The notes beneath the pieces are model-generated. The model was not told the DNA's origin. It saw only the letters and a program-made list of their open reading frames with translations, and made no database searches. A program made the translations under genes and the position numbers. From contig DYOU01000005.1 in assembly GCA_020720365.1 (NCBI GenBank), positions 1-62,132 of the forward strand: DNA of 62,132 nt, given 5' to 3'. Numbering within the stretch: the stretch's first letter is position 1; the number at the start of each line of letters is the position of its first letter. This stretch comes from Candidatus Elulimicrobium sp. Lineage in GTDB: Bacteria; Omnitrophota; Gorgyraeia; Zapsychrales; Fredricksoniimonadaceae. This document shows positions 7,903-17,006 of the stretch, one piece after another.

Positions 7903-9530
7903 GAGATCAAATATGGCTTATTAAAAAGGTTCATCAAAGAATTAAGCTCTGGCTCATTCCAGATCCACATGCGCTCCTCAAGCGCTCTAAGCCGGACACT
8001 ATCCTCCAGATCCGCCAAAGAAACAATAACGCAACGACGTGGCTTCAACCCCATATTCTTGACTTCCTGCATCACAGCATGAATATCGTTCTCAGCCAAC
8101 GGATCTTTCCTCAACACCAATATCCAAGGACCTTCATCAGTCTCTGCCTGAAGAATATCACAAAATACCCCTCCCCGTTGATGAAGCTTGAGTGTCTTTA
8201 CATTCTTGAACGCAGGTACAGTATATTTACGTCCTTTCAAAACCAAGTGATCATTATCAAAACACCGAAGCAGTTCAGTCATACGACAAGAGAAATCTTT
8301 CCGGCAAGCTGCATTAAAATCACTAATACTGCGGGCAATCTCCTCCATAAAGTCTTTCTTAAGACGGCCAGGATCCAACTCGATCGACCGCAAGCGTTTA
8401 AGAAAAACATACTTGATCCAGTAGCGGAACAACTTGTCCTTAATATAATAATGCGTTCCATTCTTCTCAACAATATCTTCCTCGGAAAGATAATTCAACC
8501 GCTGCAAGACGGTCGATGTCTTGGGCGAACCGATCCCTACACTGTCAACAAGATCCTTAATGCGGTAGCGGCCTTCCGCCATTGACATAAGAAGATCGGA
8601 AACAAGCCGATTCGTCTTTCCGGAAGTTACTCGCGTAATCGCTAATTCAAAATGCCGGCTCAAGGCTCCCCAGCGGCTAAATAGCATATTTTCAACAGCC
8701 TGAGTGATCAAAGGCGCATAAATTTCCTGCTGTTTGTAAATAGAGGCCAAACTAACAAGTTCATGCAAAAGAATGTCCAGATACAACGGACGACCACCGG
8801 TAAAATCTGCCAGAAAATTCTTCAATTGAATCCCCATATTAATACCGCCCATCCTGGAAACAATAAACTCCTGGCTTTGACACAAATTGAATGGGTCAAC
8901 AGGAACAATCTCGAAATTGCCAAAAAGAAGCGTTAGCCGTTCGGAAAGAATGTGCCTGGCCAGCTCCTCATAAGAACTGGCAAGCAGAAAGAGCGACTTT
9001 TTCTGAACTGCAATATGATCTGCCAAACGATGAAAAATATCTCCGATACCAAATTCTTCAAGAACCTGAAATTCATCAAGAATGATCAAACAGTTCAATC
9101 CCGTCTCAGAACTGAATACTTCAGGAAGTGAAAGCAACAAGTCCACGGCATCACTCAACCAGTCCTTGCCCATCAATAAAGACACTTCACGGGCACGCAG
9201 GACTGTTTGAGGTATATGAGTTTCCAGAGCCGTTAAAAGCTCGGGCAAAGAGTCCTGCGAATTCAGCCGCTGATAACGTGCGAAATGATGCAAAAGACTG
9301 CGAATAAATTTGGAGAAAAAATAATAAACGTCCCTGCCTTCCAGATCCAGATAAACCGGTACAAGCGTCTCGTCATCAAGATCAGAAAGGAACTGCCGCA
9401 GGATCGCACTCTTCCCCACATGCTGACTCCCCAGCAACGCCATATTCTGCCGATACCCATCCTTAAGGTCGATAACACGCCTTTTAATAAGAGCTAAGGT
9501 ATCTTTTCTTCCATAAAAACTACTGTTCAT
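7899..9530 (-). CDS. STAND-like / archaeal-type ATPase with a winged helix and a DUF234-like C-terminal domain
   Basis: Walker A LLGSQHVGKSAIL and Walker B CLIILDEF. A wHTH-like segment (RIKDLVDSVGIGSPKTSTVLQRLNYLSEEDIVEK). The C-terminal ~120 aa resembles DUF234. It shares 1 nt with the upstream M23 gene (TAATG). Confidence 0.75.
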   Translation of the reverse strand: MNSSFYGRKDTLALIKRRVIDLKDGYRQNMALLGSQHVGKSAILRQFLSDLDDETLVPVYLDLEGRDVYYFFSKFIRSLLHHFARYQRLNSQDSLPELLTALETHIPQTVLRAREVSLLMGKDWLSDAVDLLLSLPEVFSSETGLNCLIILDEFQVLEEFGIGDIFHRLADHIAVQKKSLFLLASSYEELARHILSERLTLLFGNFEIVPVDPFNLCQSQEFIVSRMGGINMGIQLKNFLADFTGGRPLYLDILLHELVSLASIYKQQEIYAPLITQAVENMLFSRWGALSRHFELAITRVTSGKTNRLVSDLLMSMAEGRYRIKDLVDSVGIGSPKTSTVLQRLNYLSEEDIVEKNGTHYYIKDKLFRYWIKYVFLKRLRSIELDPGRLKKDFMEEIARSISDFNAACRKDFSCRMTELLRCFDNDHLVLKGRKYTVPAFKNVKTLKLHQRGGVFCDILQAETDEGPWILVLRKDPLAENDIHAVMQEVKNMGLKPRRCVIVSLADLEDSVRLRALEERMWIWNEPELNSLMNLFNKPYLIS

Positions 9531-10225
9531 TACATCTCCCTGGGTAAATAATGCAACGGATTCTTAGGAGAGTCTCCCTTGCGTAATTCAAAATGCATAA
9601 AAGCTCCCTGGCCGTCATCTCCGAGTTGGGCAAGTTTTTCACCCCGAAACACATAATCATTAAGCCTGACCAGCACACGATTATTACGCCCGTATACAGT
9701 AAAGAACCCATCACCGTGATCAAGGATCACCGTCGATCCATACCCCGCAAGATGATCGGCGAAAACCACTCGCCCCTCACGGGCAGACTTCACCGACTCT
9801 CCCTCTGCGCCCTTAATATCTACACCCAAATTAATATGTGCCCCTTTACGCTCTTCGAAATAAGAAACGATCTTACCTTTCAGTGGCCACCCATAATCCG
9901 TATCTTTCCCGCCGGAAAGTTGTGAGGGAATAACATCCAGGACCGCTTCCGCCCCCGGGACCAGAAGCAGCTGATTTTCTTCGATCGAAGCCGCATTCGG
10001 AATTCGATTAGCCTGAATAATATCTTCAATGGAAATCTTGTATGTTTTGGAAATGCGCCAAAGAGTTTCGCCTTTATTGACCTTGTGATAAACACCCTTG
10101 ATCGAGGCTGGAGCTTCTGGAGTCGGGATAACGGAAGAATTGCGTGTCGTTGCGCAGCCTGAAAGCCAGCCGCATACCAACAGCACACCTAAATATTGAA
10201 GAAGACGCTCGCTCAAAAAGCTCAT
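9530..10225 (-). CDS. LysM + M23 peptidase lipoprotein (NlpD-like)
   Basis: Lipobox LVCGWLSGC. LysM segment YHKVNKGETLWRISKTYKISIEDIIQANRI. M23 core GVDIKG...GYGSTVILDHGDGFFTVYG...MHFELR. The ORF-track start at 10378 reads through tRNA-Gly, so the ATG at 10225 was chosen. Confidence 0.85.
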   Translation of the reverse strand: MSFLSERLLQYLGVLLVCGWLSGCATTRNSSVIPTPEAPASIKGVYHKVNKGETLWRISKTYKISIEDIIQANRIPNAASIEENQLLLVPGAEAVLDVIPSQLSGGKDTDYGWPLKGKIVSYFEERKGAHINLGVDIKGAEGESVKSAREGRVVFADHLAGYGSTVILDHGDGFFTVYGRNNRVLVRLNDYVFRGEKLAQLGDDGQGAFMHFELRKGDSPKNPLHYLPREM

Positions 10226-10326
10226 GTCTAATCTACGGACAAACCTGCCGTAGTATCTCCTTTTTTTGAGATCTCTTATCCCTAACAAGACCTCCCCGAC
10301 ATTATGCGATCTTCGGGATAAATATA

Positions 10327-10400
10327 TGGAGCGAGAGACGGGAATCGAACCCGCGTAGCTAGCTTGGGAAGCTAGCATTCTACCACTGAATTACTCTCGC
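10327..10400 (-). tRNA. tRNA-Gly (anticodon CCC), CCA encoded
   Basis: The reverse complement is GCGAGAGTAATTCAGTGGTAGAATGCTAGCTTCCCAAGCTAGCTACGCGGGTTCGATTCCCGTCTCTCGCTCCA. It forms a full cloverleaf with anticodon loop TTCCCAA and T-loop GGTTCGATTCC. Confidence 0.9.
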
Positions 10401-10401
10401 A

Positions 10402-11058
10402 TCAGCATTCATCTGACCCTGTGAACACCGCCCGAATCTTTCCGATGGTACAACAGGGATTATCAGACAAAAGAATATTCCGGCACAAAGCAATCCGCCG
10501 GACTCCTTTTTCAACAACCTGTTCTAAATTATCTGTTGTAATACCGCCAATAGCAAAAAGAGGTAAACTCTTTTGCTCGGCATAACGAACCGCTTTTGAA
10601 AGAACAGCCAGGTCCATCAGAGCACGGTCAGGCTTGGTCAATGTTTTGAAAACTGAACCAAATCCCGCATAATCCGCTCCCTGACGATACGCTAGGCGAA
10701 CATGATTCAGAGTCTGACACGAAACTCCGATAATCGCGCGATTACCCAAGATCTTTCTCGCTTCAAAGATCGGAATATCCTCCTGACCCAAATGAACACC
10801 CGCAGCTCCCGACAACCGTGCTACATCAACTCTGTCATTGACAATGAACGGAATTCGCCCTTTTAACCATCCCAAAGCCTTCCGGCTGAAACCCAGGAGG
10901 TCTCTAGTGTTTCCTAGCTTATCACGCAGTTGCACAATGTCAACTCCGCAGACAGAGACCTCTTTCAAGATCTCAAAAAGACGTTCATATGAACAAACGC
11001 CAGCGTCGAGAATAAGATACAGTCTACAACTGCTGAAACGCTTTTTTCTCAAGCTCAT
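10402..11058 (-). CDS. thiE: thiamine-phosphate synthase
   Basis: Motifs RLYLILD, VDIVQLRDK, FIVNDRVDVA, GVHLGQEDIP, IIGVSC and LFAIGGIT. The ATG at 11058 lies inside the 3' end of the upstream ORF, in a different frame (see finding). Confidence 0.85.
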   Translation of the reverse strand: MSLRKKRFSSCRLYLILDAGVCSYERLFEILKEVSVCGVDIVQLRDKLGNTRDLLGFSRKALGWLKGRIPFIVNDRVDVARLSGAAGVHLGQEDIPIFEARKILGNRAIIGVSCQTLNHVRLAYRQGADYAGFGSVFKTLTKPDRALMDLAVLSKAVRYAEQKSLPLFAIGGITTDNLEQVVEKGVRRIALCRNILLSDNPCCTIGKIRAVFTGSDEC

Positions 11059-11455
11059 AAACCTTATATCGCAGAAGCTTGAACCGTTCCGCCAAAGCGG
11101 CACTTTTAAGCTTAGCAAACTCCTCTAAAACCCGCAATGACTCCTTAACCCGCTGCGTATTCGCATAAAATATATCTTCAACATTATCACGCTTTGACTC
11201 CGAAAGCGTTGTTGGCCGGCCCACATCTCCGGCCACATCTCGCGAGCTCACCATACCTTTCAACCCCAAAAGGACGGCAGCATCGGTCAACTGATGCCGC
11301 ACCGATTTATAACTCGACGTTAAGGCCTGATCATCCAGGATGAAGCGCGATACATCTTCACATACCCTCAAGCCTTCCTTGGCTCGATTGAAATTCGCAT
11401 CTATAATCCGGTCAACGCCCGAAAGGATCCCCTTAACACTTACTGTCTTTGGCAT
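11024..11455 (-). CDS. ThiE-associated helical domain protein (ThiD2-like; function uncharacterised)
   Basis: IIDANFNRAKEGLRVCEDVSRFILDD ... ANTQRVKESLRVLEEFAKL resembles, from memory, the ~130-aa domain found fused N-terminally to ThiE in some anaerobes. It sits immediately upstream of thiE. Confidence 0.55.
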   Translation of the reverse strand: MPKTVSVKGILSGVDRIIDANFNRAKEGLRVCEDVSRFILDDQALTSSYKSVRHQLTDAAVLLGLKGMVSSRDVAGDVGRPTTLSESKRDNVEDIFYANTQRVKESLRVLEEFAKLKSAALAERFKLLRYKVYELEKKAFQQL

Positions 11456-11940
11456 GATCTTCTGATCTTCTCAATAATATTTGTCGTTGAAAGGCCTGGC
11501 AAGAAATTAACAAACTCTACCCTTCCCCCGCACGCCTGAACAATATCCGAACCGGCAACGTCCTTGCCCTTCCAATCAGCGCCTTTCAACAAGATATCCG
11601 GCTGAAGCTGCCTGATCAAGGCATACGGCGTCGGCTCATTAAAGATAACAACAAAATCAACCGACTCTAAACCTGCCAGAACTCCCGCACGCTCTGCTTG
11701 AGGGACAATGGGCCGTTCAGACCCCTTCTCAAGAGACCGGACTGATGCATCGCTATTAAGGCCCACCACAAGAACTCGCGAATTATTCTTCTTCGCCGCC
11801 GCCAGATAACTGACATGGCCCCAGTGTAAAATATCAAAACACCCATTTGTAAAAGCAATAGAAAGACCCTTGCGGCGTAAACCAGCAAGTTTCTTTTTTA
11901 AGACAACCGCCTTTACTACTTTCTTTCGGGGATCAACCAT
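11440..11940 (-). CDS. hldC: D-glycero-beta-D-manno-heptose 1-phosphate adenylyltransferase (RfaE domain II type)
   Basis: Cytidylyltransferase motif TNGCFDILHWGHVSYL and the segment VVGLNSDASVR. It lies next to gmhA. Confidence 0.9.
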   Translation of the reverse strand: MVDPRKKVVKAVVLKKKLAGLRRKGLSIAFTNGCFDILHWGHVSYLAAAKKNNSRVLVVGLNSDASVRSLEKGSERPIVPQAERAGVLAGLESVDFVVIFNEPTPYALIRQLQPDILLKGADWKGKDVAGSDIVQACGGRVEFVNFLPGLSTTNIIEKIRRSCQRQ

Positions 11941-11949
11941 AAGAATCCA

Positions 11950-12522
11950 CTACTTCGCCGCAAACTCATTCTCGACAATCTCACACAAAGCATGCGCAAG
12001 CGTAATATGTGCTTCCTGAATACGCGCCGTAACCCTCGATGGCACAGTGATCGCAATATCCGCCATTCGGCCCATCGGACCACCATCGTGCCCTACAAAA
12101 GCCACTGTTATAATACCCATTTCTTTGGCACGCTCAAACGCCTTGATCACATTGACAGACTTGCCACTGGTTGAAAGGCCGACCAAAACATCACCCTTGG
12201 CTCCAAGTGCTTCAATCTGACGGGAGAAAATAATATCGTAACTATAATCATTCGTTAAACAGGTAAGAATGGACGAGTCCGTCGTAAGGGCTATCGCAGG
12301 TAACGCAAGACGCTCTTTTTGAAAACGGCCGATAAATTCAGCCGCTAAATGCTGACTGTCTGCCGCAGAACCACCGTTACCACAAAAATACACCCGATTA
12401 CGCCCCTGAAAAGCCAAAATGATCGCCTGAGCAGCCTTCTCTAAAGAAGGGACACAAGCCTCCATGACCGCCCGCTTAACTTCAATTGATTCTTGAATAA
12501 TCGATGTGATCCGCTGTTTCAT
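11950..12522 (-). CDS. gmhA: D-sedoheptulose 7-phosphate isomerase
   Basis: SIS domain with FCGNGGSAADSQHLAAEF and GLSTSGKSVNV. Confidence 0.92.
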   Translation of the reverse strand: MKQRITSIIQESIEVKRAVMEACVPSLEKAAQAIILAFQGRNRVYFCGNGGSAADSQHLAAEFIGRFQKERLALPAIALTTDSSILTCLTNDYSYDIIFSRQIEALGAKGDVLVGLSTSGKSVNVIKAFERAKEMGIITVAFVGHDGGPMGRMADIAITVPSRVTARIQEAHITLAHALCEIVENEFAAK

Positions 12523-12536
12523 TAGAACTCCCTGAC

Positions 12537-13562
12537 CTATATCTGATCCGCTGTAAATACTCTGGATATCTGTACTAGATCCGCTTCAACCTTCTTGCGC
12601 TGCTTCACCGCTTCAGCAATATCACAATAACGAATACGGTTATTCTGATAACTCACCATCTTGCCAAATTTACCGTCCGTGACCAACTCAACAGCCTTAA
12701 CGCCAAAACGTGTTGCGAGAATACGATCGAAAGCCGTCGGCGCGCCGCCCCGTTGAATATATCCCAACAGACTAACCCGAGTCTCATATCCGGTCTTATC
12801 TTCGATTGCTTTCGCCAAACGTTCGCCAATACTCCCGAACCGCCGCTTCTCACTACTTTCCTGATAGATGCACGGCATATCCACCTGCGCTCCTTCAGAA
12901 ACAACAACAATACTAAATGACCGACCACGACGATGCCTGTTCTTGATCGCCTCGCACACTTTTTCGATCTCTGTTTTATATTCGGGAATAATAATAATAT
13001 CCGCACCGCCAGCCAATCCGGCTTCCATAGCGATCCAGCCGGTATATTGCCCCATAACCTCAATAACCATAATGCGGTGATTTGATTCTGCCGTCGTATG
13101 CAGGCGATCGATCAATTCCGTAGCCACCTGCACAGCCGTATCGAATCCAAACGCATAATCTGTTCCGGAAAGCGCATTATCAATAGACTTCGGTATTCCA
13201 ACAACCTTAAGGACCCCTCTCTTATGAAACTCCGAAGCTATCCCCAACGTCACTTCACCGCCCACAGCAATAACCGCATCCATCCCGTTGCGTTTATAAT
13301 TTTCAGCAATCTTTTCTGCATGCTCCGGATTATCAAAAGGATCAATGCGACTTGTTCCAAGAATAGTGCCGCCTCGATCCAGGATACCAGACACAGCACG
13401 CGTATCAAGTACGCGCGTATCATTATCAACTAATCCTTGCCATCCGTTCTTGATACCAGTAATAACATAACCTTCCTGCATGCCCTTATAAACCACAGCC
13501 CGAATAACAGCATTCAAGCCAGGGCAGTCCGCCCCACCTGTCAAAATCCCTATTTTCTTCAT
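12537..13562 (-). CDS. pfkA: 6-phosphofructokinase (phosphoryl-donor specificity not resolved)
   Basis: Motifs MKKIGILTGGADCPGLNAVIRAVV, VVGIPKSIDNAL and MGQYTGWIA. The GGEVT motif replaces the canonical GGDGS. Confidence 0.9.
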   Translation of the reverse strand: MKKIGILTGGADCPGLNAVIRAVVYKGMQEGYVITGIKNGWQGLVDNDTRVLDTRAVSGILDRGGTILGTSRIDPFDNPEHAEKIAENYKRNGMDAVIAVGGEVTLGIASEFHKRGVLKVVGIPKSIDNALSGTDYAFGFDTAVQVATELIDRLHTTAESNHRIMVIEVMGQYTGWIAMEAGLAGGADIIIIPEYKTEIEKVCEAIKNRHRRGRSFSIVVVSEGAQVDMPCIYQESSEKRRFGSIGERLAKAIEDKTGYETRVSLLGYIQRGGAPTAFDRILATRFGVKAVELVTDGKFGKMVSYQNNRIRYCDIAEAVKQRKKVEADLVQISRVFTADQI

Positions 13563-14161
13563 GCTCTATACCCGTGAAAATGTAACGGAGGCTCGATCTC
13601 AACGTCCTCTATGCCTTTTTTACCTGGCACAACTTCCATTGCGATCTTCATCACATGCACCCGTACCAATACCCGTTCTTCCTTACCGATCACATCCTGG
13701 ATTCTCCTCTTGATCAACTCCTGAAGATCTGCCGTCAACTCGGCAATATTGGCATCTGAACGCAACACCAGCCGAACTTCCACCTTAATCCCCTTCTTGG
13801 TAAAAGTCATTTCAGGCCGAATCTCCTTGATCTGAGAGGTTTTGACCGCCATCCGCCGTATAAGGTCTTCCAGCGCTGAAAGAGAAATCGTAACACGCCC
13901 AAGGGGATTGTCAAACGTAATGATCCGCTCCTGGGCCTGACGGCCATAAATAATCCGTGCCAGAGCGAAACTGATAAGCATAGTTACTGCAATAACAAAA
14001 CCCGCTATTGTTCCCGCTTTTGGGTCTCGGTATATATAGGCCAAAAACTGTTCATACCCATTCAGGTCGACAAGATGCGCCAGCAAAAGCAACCCCGAAA
14101 GACCGATGATCGTAATAATTAACACATAGAAAAATATCGCTATCCTGATCAAGACTCGCAT
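13559..14161 (-). CDS. Asp23-associated membrane anchor protein (AmaP-like)
   Basis: Two N-terminal TM helices (IRIAIFFYVLIITIIGLSGLLLLA; GFVIAVTMLISFALA). It lies directly downstream of, and overlaps by 13 nt, an Asp23-family gene. Confidence 0.55.
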   Translation of the reverse strand: MRVLIRIAIFFYVLIITIIGLSGLLLLAHLVDLNGYEQFLAYIYRDPKAGTIAGFVIAVTMLISFALARIIYGRQAQERIITFDNPLGRVTISLSALEDLIRRMAVKTSQIKEIRPEMTFTKKGIKVEVRLVLRSDANIAELTADLQELIKRRIQDVIGKEERVLVRVHVMKIAMEVVPGKKGIEDVEIEPPLHFHGYRA

Positions 14162-14547
14162 CTTTCCCCCCCCGTCTTATCGACTCCGGCCGACAAACAA
14201 CCCGCATTAATACCCTGAATACTTACATCCACATCGCTTAAATTGATATCCGTCATCTTTTCGACTGCCGTCATCACTGCATCCTGAACACGTCGGGAAG
14301 TCTCAGACAGGTTCATCCCGTAGCGCACACTCACCTTCACGACAACTCTCACATGGCCATTCGGATCAACTCGCACATCCACGGCTGTGTTCCGGCAAAA
14401 CCCTGCCAGGCCAAGCAATCCTTCCAGGGGTTCATTACGCACAAGAAGAACTCCCTCTATCTCCACGATCGCCGCCGCACAAATATCCGCGATCACATTC
14501 GTATGCACCTGGATTACGCCTAAATTAATTTTATTTTCAGGCCTCAT
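14149..14547 (-). CDS. Asp23/Gls24-family (alkaline shock) protein
   Basis: Segments INLGVIQVHTNVIADICAAAIVEIEGV and VRVVVKVSVRYGMNLSETSRRVQDAVMTAVEKMT. It lies downstream of accC, as YqhY does in Bacillus. Confidence 0.85.
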   Translation of the reverse strand: MRPENKINLGVIQVHTNVIADICAAAIVEIEGVLLVRNEPLEGLLGLAGFCRNTAVDVRVDPNGHVRVVVKVSVRYGMNLSETSRRVQDAVMTAVEKMTDINLSDVDVSIQGINAGCLSAGVDKTGGERCES

Positions 14548-14559
14548 AATACTCCTCGC

Positions 14560-15915
14560 TTAATCATCCTTCTTCGCCATCTTCTCAAGAAAATGAGTCG
14601 AGATCTGCCCTTTGACGAATAACGGATGGTTCATGATCTGCATATGCAAAGGGATGGTTGTTTTGATCGGAGCAATATAAAACTCATCCAGTGCCCGGCG
14701 CATGATCCTGATCGCTTCCGCACGATCCCGTCCATAAACAATCAATTTTGCCACCATCGAATCATAATAAGGGCTGATCTTATACCCTGAATAAATATGT
14801 GTATCCACCCTGACCCCTGGGCCTCCGGGAAGATTCAACTGTTCAATCTTACCAGGACTAGGGATAAAGTTATTATCCGGATCTTCCGCATTCACCCGGC
14901 ACTCGATCGCATGCCCGGATAATTTAACATCTTCCTGCTTCAACTTCAACCTCTCACCGCAGGCCATACGGATCTGCTCTTTAACAAGATCCAACCCCGT
15001 CACCATTTCAGTAACCGGATGTTCAACCTGAATACGGGTATTCATCTCCATAAAAAAGAAATCTTCATTCTTGTCGAGCAAAAACTCCACCGTCCCAACG
15101 CCACGATAATTCGCCGCCTTTGCCGCTTTCACGGCAGCTTCACCCATCCTTTTACGTAATTTATCGTTCAACGCCGGCGATGGAGACTCCTCGATCAGCT
15201 TCTGATGCCGCCGCTGAACCGAACAATCACGTTCTCCTAAATGAATAATATTCCCATAGTAATCAGCCAAGATCTGAAACTCAATATGACGGGGATCCTG
15301 AATATATTTCTCAATATAAACGTCCGGATTCTTGAAATTCTTCTCTGCTTCCGCTTGTGCGAGCTTCAAAGAACTCAGCAAAGTCACATCATTATGACAA
15401 ACACGCATCCCCTTGCCGCCGCCGCCAGCTGTGGCCTTAATGATAACCGGATATTTAACCAATTTGGCGATCGCCAGCGCATCTTCATTTGTCTTGATGA
15501 TCCCCTTACCGCCAGGAGTTAAAGGCACTCCCGCTTTCTTCGCCGTTTCTTTCGCCGTGATCTTATCTCCCATCATACGGATCGTTTCGGGAGTCGGGCC
15601 AATAAAGTGGATCTTGCACGATTCACAAATTTCTGCAAAATGAGCATTCTCCGAAAGAAAACCATAACCAGGATGGATCGCTTCAACATCCGTGATCTCC
15701 GCCGCAGAAATAATCGCAGGAATATGTAAATAACTCTCAAGGCTTGACGCCTTACCAATACAAACCGCTTCATCCGCAAATCGCACATGCAGCGAATCCC
15801 GATCGGCCTCCGAATAGACGGCAACTGTAGCAATTCCCAGCTCTTTACACGCGCGGATGATACGTAAGGCGATCTCTCCGCGGTTAGCGATCAATATCTT
15901 GGAGAACATAGACAT
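14560..15915 (-). CDS. accC: acetyl-CoA carboxylase, biotin carboxylase subunit
   Basis: Motifs [52 protein letters not shown]. Confidence 0.97.
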   Translation of the reverse strand: MSMFSKILIANRGEIALRIIRACKELGIATVAVYSEADRDSLHVRFADEAVCIGKASSLESYLHIPAIISAAEITDVEAIHPGYGFLSENAHFAEICESCKIHFIGPTPETIRMMGDKITAKETAKKAGVPLTPGGKGIIKTNEDALAIAKLVKYPVIIKATAGGGGKGMRVCHNDVTLLSSLKLAQAEAEKNFKNPDVYIEKYIQDPRHIEFQILADYYGNIIHLGERDCSVQRRHQKLIEESPSPALNDKLRKRMGEAAVKAAKAANYRGVGTVEFLLDKNEDFFFMEMNTRIQVEHPVTEMVTGLDLVKEQIRMACGERLKLKQEDVKLSGHAIECRVNAEDPDNNFIPSPGKIEQLNLPGGPGVRVDTHIYSGYKISPYYDSMVAKLIVYGRDRAEAIRIMRRALDEFYIAPIKTTIPLHMQIMNHPLFVKGQISTHFLEKMAKKDD

Positions 15916-15933
15916 AGCTTTTCTCGTACAGGT

Positions 15934-16395
15934 TTATGGAGCTACCCGAAAAAGTGCCTGGCCAAACTCAACCGGCTCCGCATTATCAACGCAAATCTCA
16001 ATCACTTTTCCACGCACATCAGATTTGATCTCATTCATCAGCTTCATCGCCTCAACGATACAAACAACCTGATTCACCTCAACGACCTGCCCGATCTCGA
16101 TAAAAGGTGCCGCTTCAGGAGAAGCCGCCCGATAAAAAGTACCCACCATCGGAGACTTTATTTCCTTTAAATGATCTTTATTCTCGACCTTGACGGTATC
16201 TGCCGCTGAAGTAACCACAACCGGCTTTTGCGCTGCAGGAATAACAGGTACAGCATATGAGACCGGCTGAGCCCCATGGATATGATCTGGAGACTTCTTC
16301 AGCTTGATCGTCATTCCATCGCGTTCAACCTCAAGCTCAGCAAGATCATTATCATTCATCAATTCAACCAACTCTTTAAGTTCTTTTAGGTTCAT
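15934..16395 (-). CDS. accB: biotin carboxyl carrier protein
   Basis: Biotinylation motif VEAMKLMNEI. It has a 4-nt overlap with efp. Confidence 0.95.
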   Translation of the reverse strand: MNLKELKELVELMNDNDLAELEVERDGMTIKLKKSPDHIHGAQPVSYAVPVIPAAQKPVVVTSAADTVKVENKDHLKEIKSPMVGTFYRAASPEAAPFIEIGQVVEVNQVVCIVEAMKLMNEIKSDVRGKVIEICVDNAEPVEFGQALFRVAP

Positions 16396-16970
16396 TTTTT
16401 CACCCTTTCCACATACTGGCCATCCCTGGTGTCAATCTTAACAAGTTCACCTACATCCACAAAAAGAGGAACCTGGATCGTTGTCCCGGTTTCAATAATG
16501 GCCGGCTTATTATCAGACTTAGCTGAATCGCCTTTAACCCCGGGAGCGGTTTCAATAATCTTTGCTACTATAAAATTCGGAAGAGTTACTTTAAGGACTT
16601 TATCCTGATAAACAGACCCGATCACTTCCATATTCTCCATAAGAAACGGAAGACACTCACTCAACATTACCGCAGAAATAGCATGCTCTTCATAAGTACT
16701 CTGACACATAAAATGATACGTATCACCAGTATTATAAAGATATTGCATCTTGCGCTCTTCCAACGCTACATCATCAAGCGTTTCTGCTGACCGATAGGTA
16801 CGCTCAAGCGTGCTGCCAGTCTTCACACTTCGCAGCTTCAGGCGAACAAAAGAACTTCCTTTACAAGGTTTCACATGGTTAAACTCAACCACATTATAAA
16901 TTTCCCCCTCAACCTTAAGTGCCATACCTCTATAAACTTCTGTAATCCCAATTCCCACTTGATCCCCCAT
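16392..16970 (-). CDS. efp: elongation factor P
   Basis: The segment KVEGEIYNVVEFNHVKPCKGSSFVRLKLRSVKTG. Three-domain length of 192 aa. Confidence 0.95.
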   Translation of the reverse strand: MGDQVGIGITEVYRGMALKVEGEIYNVVEFNHVKPCKGSSFVRLKLRSVKTGSTLERTYRSAETLDDVALEERKMQYLYNTGDTYHFMCQSTYEEHAISAVMLSECLPFLMENMEVIGSVYQDKVLKVTLPNFIVAKIIETAPGVKGDSAKSDNKPAIIETGTTIQVPLFVDVGELVKIDTRDGQYVERVKK

Positions 16971-17006
16971 TTGTATTAAGTGAATAAATCCCGCGGACCC
17001 CTCATT

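Noticed and set aside
10226-10378. The N-terminal extension of the M23 peptidase ORF. Analogous extensions occur in the M50 ORF (to 3471), the SPOR ORF (to 4690), DUF1844 (to 19085) and thiE (to 11118).
   Set aside because: The extensions run through tRNA-Gly or upstream genes, or begin at TTG codons. Internal ATGs with SD sequences, or with canonical N-termini or signal peptides, fit better.
11036-11050. The dnaX-like A-AAA-AAG slippery heptamer as a programmed -1 frameshift site joining the ThiD2-like ORF and thiE.
   Set aside because: thiE lies in the +1 frame relative to the upstream ORF. A -1 shift runs immediately into a TGA. Only a +1 shift or a 1-nt deletion would fuse the two ORFs, so the classical -1 mechanism does not apply.
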